In this document: positions 54,853 to 64,000 of the stretch, in pieces
Layout of the letters: each line of letters starts with the position of its first letter
How positions within the stretch are numbered: position 1 is the first letter of the stretch
Source of the DNA: Escherichia coli
Lineage (GTDB): Bacteria > Pseudomonadota > Gammaproteobacteria > Enterobacterales > Enterobacteriaceae
Direction: 5' to 3' (one strand)
Length of the DNA stretch: 64,000 bases
Assembly: GCF_011045215.1 (NCBI RefSeq)
Contig: NZ_CP049201.1
Program-made: the position numbers and the translations under genes
Notes under the pieces: model-generated
The model's database searches: none
Seen by the model: the letters and a program-made list of their open reading frames with translations, nothing else
Told to the model about the DNA's origin: nothing

Positions 54853-56355
54853 TCACCCGGAGAAGGTAAATCCCTCAAGGGGCAGCAACTCTGCCAGTCG
54901 CTCCTCTGGCCATTCCGGCAGACGCGCCAGGACGTCTGTCAGCCAGGCATGTGGCTCCAGACCATTACGTTTTGCCGTTTCCAGAAGGCTCATTATCTGT
55001 GCCGCGCGGTTTCCGGCCATCAGTGAACCGGCGAACAACCAGGCCTTTCGTCCCATAACGACCGGGCGGATAGCACGCTCGCAGATATTGTTGTCCAGGG
55101 GCACGGCTCCGTCACCCAGGAAGCAGCTCAGTTCATCGCGCCGGTTCAGGATATAATTAATCGCTTTGTTTAGTGGTCCGTCGGGCGGACAGCACGGCTC
55201 CTGCTCTTCAAGCCAGGCAAACAGGTCATTCACTATCGGCCGGGAATACCGTTGTCGCCATTGCCGTATTTTTTCCACAGGACGTTCACGGATGAACTTC
55301 TCAATGCGATAAAGACCCGCGATTTTTCTCAGCGCCATGGCTGCACGGGGCTCCCTGCTGGCCTTATACAGACTGGCGAAGCCGCGTCTTGCGTGGCTCC
55401 AGCAACAGGCAGATGTAATACCGGGGTCATTATCCGCCAGAGATTTGTACACGCTGTATCCGTCACTCACCAGCGTGCCACCACGCCAGCCCTGCAGCCA
55501 GGCCTCAGGATATCTGAGGGCCCGTCCGGTCTGCGAGTCAAAACAGACGACCGGCGGGCCGCTTCTTTCTCCGCTGACGTAAGCCCACAGCCAGCCGGAG
55601 CAGGATTTACCGCCTTTCCGGGTATCAAGGAGCCTCAGGGACGTTTCATCTGCATGAATAACATCCCGTGTCAGAAGCTCGTGGCGTAACAATTTTGCCA
55701 GCGGGGCCAGTGCAGCGCCAGCAACACCGACCATATCCGCCATTGTACTGACGGGGAGCTCCACACCCATTCGGGAGAAAATGTGCTGCTGGCGATACAG
55801 GGGCAGATGGTCGGTATATTTGCTGATGACAACCTGTGCGATGACCGATGGCTCAACAGCACTTTTCGGAAGGATATGTGCCGGCATTTTTCCGCTGAAC
55901 ACTTTCTCACAGCAGGGACAGCTGTACTGCGGGCGGATATAGCGGTGGACCACAACCTGTGCGGGGATATATTCCAGCTTCTCGCTGACTTCATCGCGAA
56001 TGAAGTGCAGGGGGGCATCACAGTCAGGACAACGTTCCTCAGCTGGCGGGATAACCTTTTCAGCACGGGGAAGATGTGAAGGCAAGGGCTTACGAACAGG
56101 ACGTGTTGTTTTTTCTTCGTCCCCGGTCTGAGGAAGCAGTTTGTCCAGACGCGCCGAGATTTCTGCGATATCCGCGTCAACATCCTCTTCGAACAGGGAA
56201 CGCTGCATCCCGGCCAGCGATTCGCATTTTTTACCAAAACGCTGCTGGCGTGCGAGCTTCATCTGCTCTTCCAGGATGCGGATACGGTTCTGAAGTTCTG
56301 CAATATTCCGGTCTTTTTCCAGCACCATATTTGCAAGGTTCTGACTCTCAGCCAT
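54853..56355 (-). CDS. IS66-family transposase TnpC
   Basis: 500-aa ORF; N-terminal leucine-zipper-like coiled coil, Cys-rich zinc-finger region (CPDCDAPL...CPCCE), DDE-type core. Confidence 0.8.
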   Translation of the reverse strand: MAESQNLANMVLEKDRNIAELQNRIRILEEQMKLARQQRFGKKCESLAGMQRSLFEEDVDADIAEISARLDKLLPQTGDEEKTTRPVRKPLPSHLPRAEKVIPPAEERCPDCDAPLHFIRDEVSEKLEYIPAQVVVHRYIRPQYSCPCCEKVFSGKMPAHILPKSAVEPSVIAQVVISKYTDHLPLYRQQHIFSRMGVELPVSTMADMVGVAGAALAPLAKLLRHELLTRDVIHADETSLRLLDTRKGGKSCSGWLWAYVSGERSGPPVVCFDSQTGRALRYPEAWLQGWRGGTLVSDGYSVYKSLADNDPGITSACCWSHARRGFASLYKASREPRAAMALRKIAGLYRIEKFIRERPVEKIRQWRQRYSRPIVNDLFAWLEEQEPCCPPDGPLNKAINYILNRRDELSCFLGDGAVPLDNNICERAIRPVVMGRKAWLFAGSLMAGNRAAQIMSLLETAKRNGLEPHAWLTDVLARLPEWPEERLAELLPLEGFTFSG

Positions 56356-56474
56356 GGCTTTTGCACCATGGCAATTGCCAGAGCGCGAAGCTGTTCAGGG
56401 TCACTGGTGGTACTGAGAAGCGAGATATCCATGCGGTGGATTATATGACATCACGCATGGATATTCATTATATT

Positions 56475-56876
56475 TCATTGAGTTATTGCGTTGCTCTGAG
56501 CATCTTCGGGTTCTTCCTGGTATACCCATTTTGCCAGGTCATGCCCTTTCACCTGTTGCCAGTCAACCCCACAGACCAGCCAGTGAAACTCATCCTGTGT
56601 GAGATGCCATGTGGCATCACCTTTCCGGGGCCAGCGGAAGCTTCCCCGGTGCAGTCGTCGGGTACACAGCCATACGCCATGTTTGTCCCACCGGAGAACT
56701 TTTATGCGGGAGCGGACTTTATTGGTGAAGACAAAAGCAGCACCGTCATGCCATGCAGCGTTAAGTTCGTTCTGGACGTACTGTGTCAGTGTGTCGATAC
56801 CCCGGCGCATATCGACGGGTTTTACGACCAGGAATACGTTATCAGGCGTCAGCATGGCGAAGAGCCCGGAAAACAT
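56475..56876 (-). CDS. IS66-family accessory protein TnpB (Orf2)
   Basis: 133-aa ORF (MLTPDNVFLVVKPVDMRRG...) between tnpA and tnpC. Confidence 0.7.
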   Translation of the reverse strand: MFSGLFAMLTPDNVFLVVKPVDMRRGIDTLTQYVQNELNAAWHDGAAFVFTNKVRSRIKVLRWDKHGVWLCTRRLHRGSFRWPRKGDATWHLTQDEFHWLVCGVDWQQVKGHDLAKWVYQEEPEDAQSNAITQ

Positions 56877-57171
56877 CGGTTAACTGAGAAGGCTGGCAGC
56901 ACATCCGGATACCTCCGGGAAGGAAAAGTGTGACAGGCTCATCCGACAATGGTCTGCCATCAGCCATACCGGGAGCGCCAGACACTGAAACTGGAATAAT
57001 TTCAGGTGCTCTGGCTCGTTTTTCGGCTTTTGCAACATCCTGCGGCCACTGGCGCAGGGATTTAAACGGAATGTCGTAAAGTTCACAGTACTGTTCACGG
57101 GTAAGGCCGCTTGCGCGCCATGCGGCAACGTGATGTTTTTTCTGATCAAGCGTCCATCGTATCCTGGGCAT
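56842..57171 (-). CDS. IS66-family accessory protein TnpA (Orf1)
   Basis: 109-aa ORF with HTH-like N-terminus, overlapping the tnpB start. Confidence 0.65.
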   Translation of the reverse strand: MPRIRWTLDQKKHHVAAWRASGLTREQYCELYDIPFKSLRQWPQDVAKAEKRARAPEIIPVSVSGAPGMADGRPLSDEPVTLFLPGGIRMCCQPSQLTDVFRALRHADA

Positions 57172-57288
57172 TGTTTACTCTCCACAGAAGGAAGTTATAC
57201 GAATACCGGAATGTTAATGAACAGAATATTTCTGTGAAGATAAGATCCCCGAAACGATACAATCATTAAATATGAACTGGAGGTACAA

Positions 57289-57771
57289 ATGAATAAATAC
57301 TTAATTATTTTATTTTTTATTGCTGACACTTCTAACGCTTCAGAAGCTATATCAAATAAGTACACAATAGATTCAGACAGTCAGTTAATATTATCGAATG
57401 GAAATATTAAGGCTGTTGGCAATGTACACGCTGTAAGCGGGGACATGACTATTGATGCAGATGAAGCTATTTATCATCGTGAAACCCCTGATAACACCTA
57501 TATAACTGCCACAGGGGATCCAATAAAATACAATGGGATAACAGAAGATGGCAAGCCGTTTTCAGGAAACTCGAAAAAGCTTAAATATACTCCCAAAACA
57601 GGAGAGGTGATCCTGACAGACGAAGCTTTTGTCCAACAGAGTGGAAATTCTCTGTCGGCCGAAGTAATAACATATAACACCATCACAAGAAAAATGACAG
57701 CCTCAGCAACTCCCGGTAAAAGAGTAAGGAGTGTGATTTATCCTGACAATATATCCCAGAATGAAAAATAA
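57289..57771 (+). CDS. Secreted LptA/OstA-N-like domain protein
   Basis: Signal peptide MNKYLIILFFIADTSNASEA, then repetitive beta-strand pattern resembling the LptA fold; AT-rich. Confidence 0.45.
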   Translation: MNKYLIILFFIADTSNASEAISNKYTIDSDSQLILSNGNIKAVGNVHAVSGDMTIDADEAIYHRETPDNTYITATGDPIKYNGITEDGKPFSGNSKKLKYTPKTGEVILTDEAFVQQSGNSLSAEVITYNTITRKMTASATPGKRVRSVIYPDNISQNEK

Positions 57772-58052
57772 TTACGCTTGGTTAATAATATGCTGAATCT
57801 GCCAAAACCTTTTATCCTGACAACTTACTGCCAAGATAAAAAGTCAGACGTCATACAGCAGAGTTATTAACAGGCAGCATACATCACCCCGACTGGAGAG
57901 TAAGCTCGCACAGTTCAAGTCATTGACGAAAAAATGTTTCACTACTGACGATACAGTGGCAGGTATTCGCAGTATTTTCCCGTTACAGAGCCGGCGTTGC
58001 CGCGCTCTGTCAGGCAGAACGGGACTGGCGCTTACTTGTTATCTGAACATTC

Positions 58053-58699
58053 ATGTGTACTATCTTTATGTTACTGATGATGCAACAACATAAATTCGTT
58101 TTTCTTCTCACAGCATTGTTAAGCACCTTCTGCCTCAATTTGTTTCCTGTGGCAGAAACAGGAAATAGCATTACTGTATTGTTACAGATTGCTGCTGATG
58201 TCAATTTATTGTATCGCCGCTGGCAGATGACAGGCCTGAGCATACTGCGGATAATTTTATTACTGCGCAGTGGTTATACAACTCAGCCCTCACAGTACTA
58301 TTATATTACAGTGCTTATCTGTTATTCTCTATTCTTCAGTCAGTTATTGTCTTCCGGCAGGTTGTTTTCTCCTCTGGCATTAATACTGAAACTGTATGCG
58401 CAGCCCTGTGCGGATTTTTACTCATCGGATATATGGGATTCTTTCTATTTGCAACACTGGAGAATCATACGTCGGGCTCTTTTCGTGGTCTTCCCAAAGA
58501 AGGGTTATTGATGATGAAGGGATTATTTTATTACTCTGTTATCAGTATACTGACTGTAGGATATGGTGACATAGTTGCCGTCATCTGGCCAATCCGTAAT
58601 GCAACCATTCTGGTTATATTACTTGACTGCGTCTATTCTCTGGTATTTATTGCACGTATTGTTGGTAGTTTTTCCGCACAAAAAAACGAACAAACGTAA
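58053..58699 (+). pseudogene. Potassium-channel-like gene with TVGYGD selectivity-filter signature, apparently frameshifted
   Basis: 58433-58699 frame encodes ...YYSVISILTVGYGDIVAVIWP... plus a following TM helix; upstream TM helices are in the same frame but without a start codon, while the ATG ORF at 58053 is in another frame. Confidence 0.45.
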
Positions 58700-58844
58700 A
58701 AATCTCCGCCCGTATTCTACCGGACATAACTATTCGCATAATATCCATTCCTTCGGATTTTTCCTGCCCCCGAACACGCTAAAAAACCGGGCTTTCATAC
58801 CCAGTAATCAGAGCTCCAGGAGAAAGCCCGGATACAATATATTA

Positions 58845-59249
58845 TCACCAGCCCCCTGTGCCAGGTAATTGTTTTTCCACACGTATACTGGCTCGTTCTT
58901 TTTCCAGCTGACAAATCTGTCGATTTAACGCATTACGCCGGGATATATCTGTCACTCCTCCCAGCTGACTTCGCAATTCATCAATTTTCATCTGCAAAAC
59001 CAGTTTTCTCTGTTGCACTGACTGCATACGCTCAACGGATAATATGACTGAGCGACTGACGCTATCTCCCTGCTTCCTGAGTACATCCGCATGAGTATCC
59101 ATATTAGCTGAAAGCGTCTTCAGAGCCGCTTTCCCACTTTCTGATTTCAGTTTACCAATTTCCATACCAGGCTCCGCTGCAACACCAGCACCAGTCACCA
59201 GAATTACCACTATCGTAAACAAAGTCGGTAATATTACGTTCCTCTTCAC
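58845..59249 (-). CDS. Hypothetical secreted coiled-coil protein (134 aa)
   Basis: N-terminal signal-like hydrophobic segment, then heptad-like region. Confidence 0.4.
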   Translation of the reverse strand: MKRNVILPTLFTIVVILVTGAGVAAEPGMEIGKLKSESGKAALKTLSANMDTHADVLRKQGDSVSRSVILSVERMQSVQQRKLVLQMKIDELRSQLGGVTDISRRNALNRQICQLEKERASIRVEKQLPGTGGW

Positions 59250-59779
59250 TATAGCTTAGCCTCCGGCACAATAAGTCTATCATCGCCTGAGCCATCACCC
59301 GTGACGTAAGCGCGAAAAAAGTCAGCAGTATGACAATGACTCATGCAAAGATACACTAAAAAAAGCCGCTACCAACAGCCAATAACAGCACCAGACTTGT
59401 CGTCATCAGAAAATAAACATAATCACATAACCTTTTATTAATATAACAATCAATACGATAATGGCAACAGGCGACCAGCATACTGTATTTCCGCCGGAAT
59501 AATCAACAGTAAAAAAACGCACCTGTCCTTGACCCACGATATTCAGACAGTCGTTGTATCTTAAGTTGATGTTACCCGCTGACGTCGATATTCCCTTGGT
59601 GAGAGATAACCTAACGCACTATGCGGATGGTTTTCATTGTAATACTCGATTGCCACTGCAAGGTTATGCAATGCCGTTCTTGCGTATTCCGCTCTATTCG
59701 ATCACGGATTTGCATCGAAGTCCGATCAGCGATTCGCATACTTTCGATCAACCGGGAACTTAACTTTTTCTACCGCTTT

Positions 59780-60535
59780 TTAACTCGTTTTTTCGATGCT
59801 TTCCACTACCGGGGGGTTTTTCCTCAGGGACTCTCCCTGAAGGACCAGTCTGTGTGAGTTATGTACCAGTCTGTCCAGGATGGCATCTGCTGTTGTTGGG
59901 TTCTCCATCAGACCATGCCATTTATCTACCGGGAACTGGCTTACCACTATCGTGCTGCTTTGACCGTAACGATCTTCTATGAGCTCCAGAAGGTCATTAC
60001 ACTGGGCGTTACTTAACTGTTCCAGCCCCAGATCGTCCAGGATTAGAAGCTGTATTTTTTGCAACTGTTTCAGATATTTCAGCCAGCTGCCATCAACACG
60101 TCCCTGAGTCAGTTCTTCCAGTAATCGCCCGGTTCTACAGTACCGGACGCTGTGTTTCTGTCTACATGCCTGTTCGCCCAACGCATTGGCTATCCAGCTT
60201 TTGCCGCATCCTGTCGGACCGGTTATCAGCAGGTTTTTCCTGTGGATTATGTAGTGACCGTTCAGCAGCTCCCTCATCTGTTCAGCCCGCAGACCTCTTG
60301 AGGCCGGATAGCGCAGCCCTTCCGGTGTTGCCTGGTATTTCAGACCGGCATTTTTTCTCAACCGTGCCACACGATTGGTTTCTCTGCTCAGAAGCTCGTC
60401 ATCAACCAGCTGCGTCAGCCTTTCCTCGAACGACAGTTCGTCGTAAGTCTGAGGCGTTTCCCGCTGCCGTATCAGGCTCCCGGCCATCGCCGGGAGTTTC
60501 AGTTGGGTCAGTTTGTTTAACAGATTATCACTCAT
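59780..60535 (-). CDS. istB: IS21-family helper ATPase IstB
   Basis: Walker A GPTGCGKSWIANALG and Walker B LLILDDLG; start chosen at MSDNLLNKLTQL (251 aa). Confidence 0.8.
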   Translation of the reverse strand: MSDNLLNKLTQLKLPAMAGSLIRQRETPQTYDELSFEERLTQLVDDELLSRETNRVARLRKNAGLKYQATPEGLRYPASRGLRAEQMRELLNGHYIIHRKNLLITGPTGCGKSWIANALGEQACRQKHSVRYCRTGRLLEELTQGRVDGSWLKYLKQLQKIQLLILDDLGLEQLSNAQCNDLLELIEDRYGQSSTIVVSQFPVDKWHGLMENPTTADAILDRLVHNSHRLVLQGESLRKNPPVVESIEKTS

Positions 60536-60551
60536 TCGGTTGTTCCTTCTG

Positions 60552-62087
60552 TCAGTGGTAGTAGCCAGGACCACGCAGGTTTTCATGCTCTGAAGCATAT
60601 GCCGGATGTTGTTCGCCCTGGCGGGATAACGGAAGCTCAACGTTATCCCGATGATGACGCAGCAGATTGTCGATAAAGCGTCTGTCCGGGGCGTTATAGT
60701 GCAGGGCAACGTAACAGGCCTTTTCCAGCCGTTCCGGGCCGTATTTTTTCTGAAGTGCCAGCAGACCCAGGACTGCACGGTAAGCCAGCTCCGGATGGGG
60801 TTTGGCTTTCAGCATGGATTCAACCACCCGGCCTGTGGACGGACCTGTACGGTTTCCCTGCTCGATAAGGCGTTCCGGTGTCCATGTCCCATGCCGCCGG
60901 TGGCGTTCTGGCATGTGAAGCGGATTGGTTGTGTGTTTATATTCATGTGTGCTGCGCGGATGTTGCGCCACACACTGCCCCTTGTGCCAGAGTTGTACCA
61001 CCGACTGCCCCGCCTTCAGTGACAGACGCTGACCGACCAGTTCGTGTGGAACGGAGTACCAGTGACGGGCATATTCAACGTGATAGTCAGGGCCAACCTT
61101 CACGGCTTTGTATTCCGTGTATTCATAAGGTGCCAGAGGCAGCGGAGAGAGTGCTGGCGCATCCAGTATGCGGAAGCGTTCTGCACGGGTTTGATTGCCG
61201 TACCCCTTCATTGGCCGGTTATTCATGTCTGTCAGTAACTCCCGAAGGCGCGCATTCAGCGCCCTGAGCGTGTGGAAGGTTTCATTACGGATGCGGGCAA
61301 GAAGCCATCGTTCGACGATGAGGACGCCGTTTTCTGCTTTTGGTTTATCTTTAGGTTTGCGTGGTCGGGCCGGGATAATAACCGTGCCATAGTGCTCAGC
61401 CAGCGCCTGATAACTGTCGTTGATGACAGGCTCATAGCGATCGGCTTTTTTCACTGCGCTTCTGAGGTTATCGGGGATGAGCAGCTTCGGTACGCCGCCC
61501 AGGAAGGTCAGGCAACGGCTGTGGGCATTTAACCATGACATCATGTCCTGACCTTCGCACGCTTCAACATAGGTATAGTTGGACGCCCCCATTACAGCCA
61601 CGAAGATTGCCACGCGGCGTATCTCTCCGGTGTCCGGATTAATAACAGGGACCGTAGGACCACAGAAGTCGATAAAGAGCTTTTCGCCAGCACGATGCTC
61701 CTGTCGCATGGAGAGGCGTCGCGTTTTTTTCCACTTCCGGTAGCAACGGCAGAAGTGTGAGTATCCCATCGCTTTGTCACCCGCCTGTGCCTTGTATTCC
61801 ATCCACAACAGTTGGCGCGTCACGCCAGGTTTTCTCATTTCCGTATCGAAGTACAGCATGTCAGGCATAACAAGCTCCGACGCAGAGGTGTCTTTGGGCG
61901 GGTAAATGAGTTTCTCCAGCGTGTCATGGGATATATCAGCAGGTAATGGCCATGACAGAGAAGAGGCTTTGAAGCGTGCAAGAACCTCAAAAACGGTTGA
62001 GGCGCTGATGTGTAATGTCAGCCCGATACAACGGTTAGTCAGCTTCTGGTCGAACTTGAGCTGAAGGATCTTAAAACAGGTTTCCAT
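60552..62087 (-). CDS. istA: IS21-family transposase IstA
   Basis: DDE integrase-like core upstream of istB; start METCFKIL chosen, the longer ORF start at 62198 lies in flanking IS sequence. Confidence 0.75.
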   Translation of the reverse strand: METCFKILQLKFDQKLTNRCIGLTLHISASTVFEVLARFKASSLSWPLPADISHDTLEKLIYPPKDTSASELVMPDMLYFDTEMRKPGVTRQLLWMEYKAQAGDKAMGYSHFCRCYRKWKKTRRLSMRQEHRAGEKLFIDFCGPTVPVINPDTGEIRRVAIFVAVMGASNYTYVEACEGQDMMSWLNAHSRCLTFLGGVPKLLIPDNLRSAVKKADRYEPVINDSYQALAEHYGTVIIPARPRKPKDKPKAENGVLIVERWLLARIRNETFHTLRALNARLRELLTDMNNRPMKGYGNQTRAERFRILDAPALSPLPLAPYEYTEYKAVKVGPDYHVEYARHWYSVPHELVGQRLSLKAGQSVVQLWHKGQCVAQHPRSTHEYKHTTNPLHMPERHRRHGTWTPERLIEQGNRTGPSTGRVVESMLKAKPHPELAYRAVLGLLALQKKYGPERLEKACYVALHYNAPDRRFIDNLLRHHRDNVELPLSRQGEQHPAYASEHENLRGPGYYH

Positions 62088-62241
62088 AGTGCTCCTGGAT
62101 TTTCTCTTTCTGGACATTGCCGTCTCCATTGGTTTAAACACGGCAATGAAGACTGTGGCGAAAAGAGTTAATTCCCGGAGTGACTGGCAGGATGCCAATC
62201 AATGATCGGAAGCGTGCCAAATCGTGATCGATTGTGATGCC

Positions 62242-63737
62242 AACATACCCTTACCCACAAGTTTTCTGGGCTATTTCTATGGCATTAATTGACAGCATTA
62301 ATTGTGTTAATCCTGACCATATAGTCTTAGGGCCTGGAGGCGAATCATTTTTTCTTGCCAGATATCCTCCTAATCTTGCAAGCATTAAAACCGCCGTTCT
62401 TATATTCGGTATGTTTTCAGGTGGAGGCGTATTCTCTACCAATATCCAGAGATACTCATATTCTTTCTTTTCGAAAATTAAATCACAGGGTTCCTCCGGA
62501 ACCATTTTATACAATGAGCTAAGATAAAGTATTCTCCATGAGATTATAAGGTATAAGGCCAGACAGTTCCTTGTGCGTTCAAATGTCTCAAGTTGTAATT
62601 TCTCAACCTGACATCCGCTTTTTAATACCTTAAAGAAAACTTCAATCTGCCAGCGTAATAAATACCATTGAATAAGCTGTGCGGGTTCCGTCAGCTTTTC
62701 TGGAGGTACACTACTCATTAGCCACCATACTAATGGCTGGACACTTTCTGGAGCATTTATTTCCTTTGCAAGTAATACAGTTACCGTTACCGGAGAACAA
62801 CGTAACTTTCCTCTTCGACCGGTGGGTGGATGTAGCGTCAACCTTGCTAAGCGTAGCTCCTGCTGGACTTTGCGGGAAGGTTGTCCTCGTCCTTCCGGAA
62901 GGGTAAACTCAATTATCTGCTGTGGCAAAATCTGCATCATTTTTTCATTCAGGAGTAATGAGTCTCTTTTTCCTGATGAATTCAGTATAGCCCGGTTAAT
63001 GCTCTTCATTCTTACGAGCCAGTCAGCCTTTATCCCACTTTCATTTTCTGCACTCTCAAAGAGGTCGTAAATATCACCTTCACGGTCTGAAACAGAAATT
63101 ATCTGGGTATCAGGACAGGACCTAGCCAGTTCTGTTGCTTTTTTATATCCTTCTATCCACCGTCCTGTTTCTTTCTCACTGATATGTTTCCTGTGAAGTG
63201 AATCATTAGTTATTTCTTTACGACTTTGTTTCTGAGTTTTGAGTTCTTTTCTGAACCATTGATAATCATCATAAACCCCTAAGCAAATACCTGAATCACT
63301 TATAACCAATTGAGGGTGAATAAACAAATCTCGCTCATTTTCATGTCGTCTGGGACCGACGCCCTGTTTCTTTTTTTGACCAGAATAATTTAGTTCAGTC
63401 GTATCCTGTAAAACCAGAGCCCGTTTAAACTGTTTAGTCCTTTCGATGATATTTTTCTTATGGGGAGCCATGATTTTATCGGCTGAAATTTTATCACTGG
63501 AAAAGCAACGATAAGCAGCTTTTGTCTCACTCCAGGTACGGCAGGATACGGGAATACTTTCCTTTGGTGAACGGCTAAGCACACTGAGAACGTGCTTTAT
63601 TCGCTTTTCGAGCCTGATATCACCAACATTCAGAGATTCCAGCTCCTTAATAACCCAGTTTTCCATAGTTCCTCTAAATTATGGTTAATTTATCAACAGA
63701 ATAACATCACTCGGATTTATGGGTAAGGATATGGAAT
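62242..63737 (-). mobile_element. IS4-family (IS50-like) insertion sequence
   Basis: Terminal inverted repeats CATACCCTTACCCACAAGT (62244-62262) and its imperfect reverse complement at 63715-63733 bracket a single transposase gene. Confidence 0.7.
62251..63666 (-). CDS. IS4-family (IS50/Tn5-like) DDE transposase
   Basis: 471-aa ORF with DREGD motif and YREK-type signature (YLLRWQIEVFFKVLK); several segments align with remembered Tn5 transposase. Confidence 0.8.
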   Translation of the reverse strand: MENWVIKELESLNVGDIRLEKRIKHVLSVLSRSPKESIPVSCRTWSETKAAYRCFSSDKISADKIMAPHKKNIIERTKQFKRALVLQDTTELNYSGQKKKQGVGPRRHENERDLFIHPQLVISDSGICLGVYDDYQWFRKELKTQKQSRKEITNDSLHRKHISEKETGRWIEGYKKATELARSCPDTQIISVSDREGDIYDLFESAENESGIKADWLVRMKSINRAILNSSGKRDSLLLNEKMMQILPQQIIEFTLPEGRGQPSRKVQQELRLARLTLHPPTGRRGKLRCSPVTVTVLLAKEINAPESVQPLVWWLMSSVPPEKLTEPAQLIQWYLLRWQIEVFFKVLKSGCQVEKLQLETFERTRNCLALYLIISWRILYLSSLYKMVPEEPCDLIFEKKEYEYLWILVENTPPPENIPNIRTAVLMLARLGGYLARKNDSPPGPKTIWSGLTQLMLSINAIEIAQKTCG

Positions 63738-63766
63738 GCCAAACCGTGATCGATTCAGATGCCATT

Positions 63767-64000
63767 TTGCAGTTCTTACATTCGGTTTCGACATGAACGC
63801 GATGTAGTCTTCTTTCATCGTTTTCACGAACCTTTCTGCCATTCCATTGCTCTGAGGGCTACTGACTGCCGCCGTGCAGGGCTCCAGATTCAACTCTCTG
63901 GCGAACTGCCGTGTTTCATGCGCTCTGTACGCTGAACCGTTATCTGTCAGCCACTGGATTGGCCGTTCCGCTCCTTTATCGCCAAAGCGTTTTTCTATCG
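63767..64000 (-). CDS. IS3-family transposase OrfB, C-terminal fragment (continues past window end)
   Basis: Minus-strand translation ...[51 protein letters not shown]... matches the IS3/IS2 integrase core. Confidence 0.6.

Larger units (their letters stand above)
54853..57171 (-). mobile_element. IS66-family insertion sequence (tnpA-tnpB-tnpC); exact ends not determined
   Basis: Three consecutive minus-strand ORFs with IS66 organisation; terminal inverted repeats not found by eye. Confidence 0.7.
59780..62087 (-). mobile_element. IS21-family insertion sequence (istA-istB); exact ends not determined
   Basis: istA followed by istB on the minus strand; flanked by other IS sequences. Confidence 0.75.
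25221..64000. mobile_element. Integrase-associated genomic island at a tRNA-Ser att site; right end beyond window
   Basis: Begins at the tRNA 3'-end repeat; P4-type integrase at the left edge; AT-rich cargo, CDI locus and multiple IS elements; no intact tRNA or core genes before position 64000. Confidence 0.7.

Noticed and set aside
62234-62527. 97-aa plus-strand ORF at the IS50-like element end
   Set aside because: Overlaps the transposase 3' end and terminal inverted repeat in antisense; no independent signal.

Overview
Enterobacterial (Escherichia coli-like) chromosome segment in two parts. Positions 1-24,700 are conserved core genes in the familiar order artMQIP, ybjP, ybjQ, amiD, ybjS, ybjT, ltaE, poxB, hcr-hcp, lysO(ybjE), aqpZ, ybjD, ybjX, macAB, cspD, clpS-clpA. 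Directly after clpA is a tiny orphan type I-F CRISPR array (3 repeats, 2 spacers, no cas genes in the window), followed by two tandem 60-bp repeats that each carry the 3' end of a tRNA-Ser plus its terminator. These mark the left junction of an integrase-associated genomic island that runs to the end of the window (at least 38.8 kb) and is visibly AT-rich and IS-laden. The island carries a P4-type integrase, an AlpA-like regulator, a DUF3987-like protein, two HUH Rep-like paralogs, several unknown genes, and a complete contact-dependent growth inhibition locus (cdiB, HlyC-like acyltransferase cdiC, 3106-aa cdiA with VENN-delimited C-terminal toxin, cdiI). Downstream are three orphan VENN-prefixed toxin/immunity modules, an Ail/Lom-family outer membrane protein, and nested IS66-, IS21-, IS50-like and IS3-family elements. 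The strongest candidates for something undescribed are the specific CdiA-CT/CdiI pairs (main and orphan), the 605-aa AT-rich gene beside the integrase, and a frameshifted K+-channel-like gene. All family assignments come from reading the translated ORFs and remembered motifs; no database search was run.
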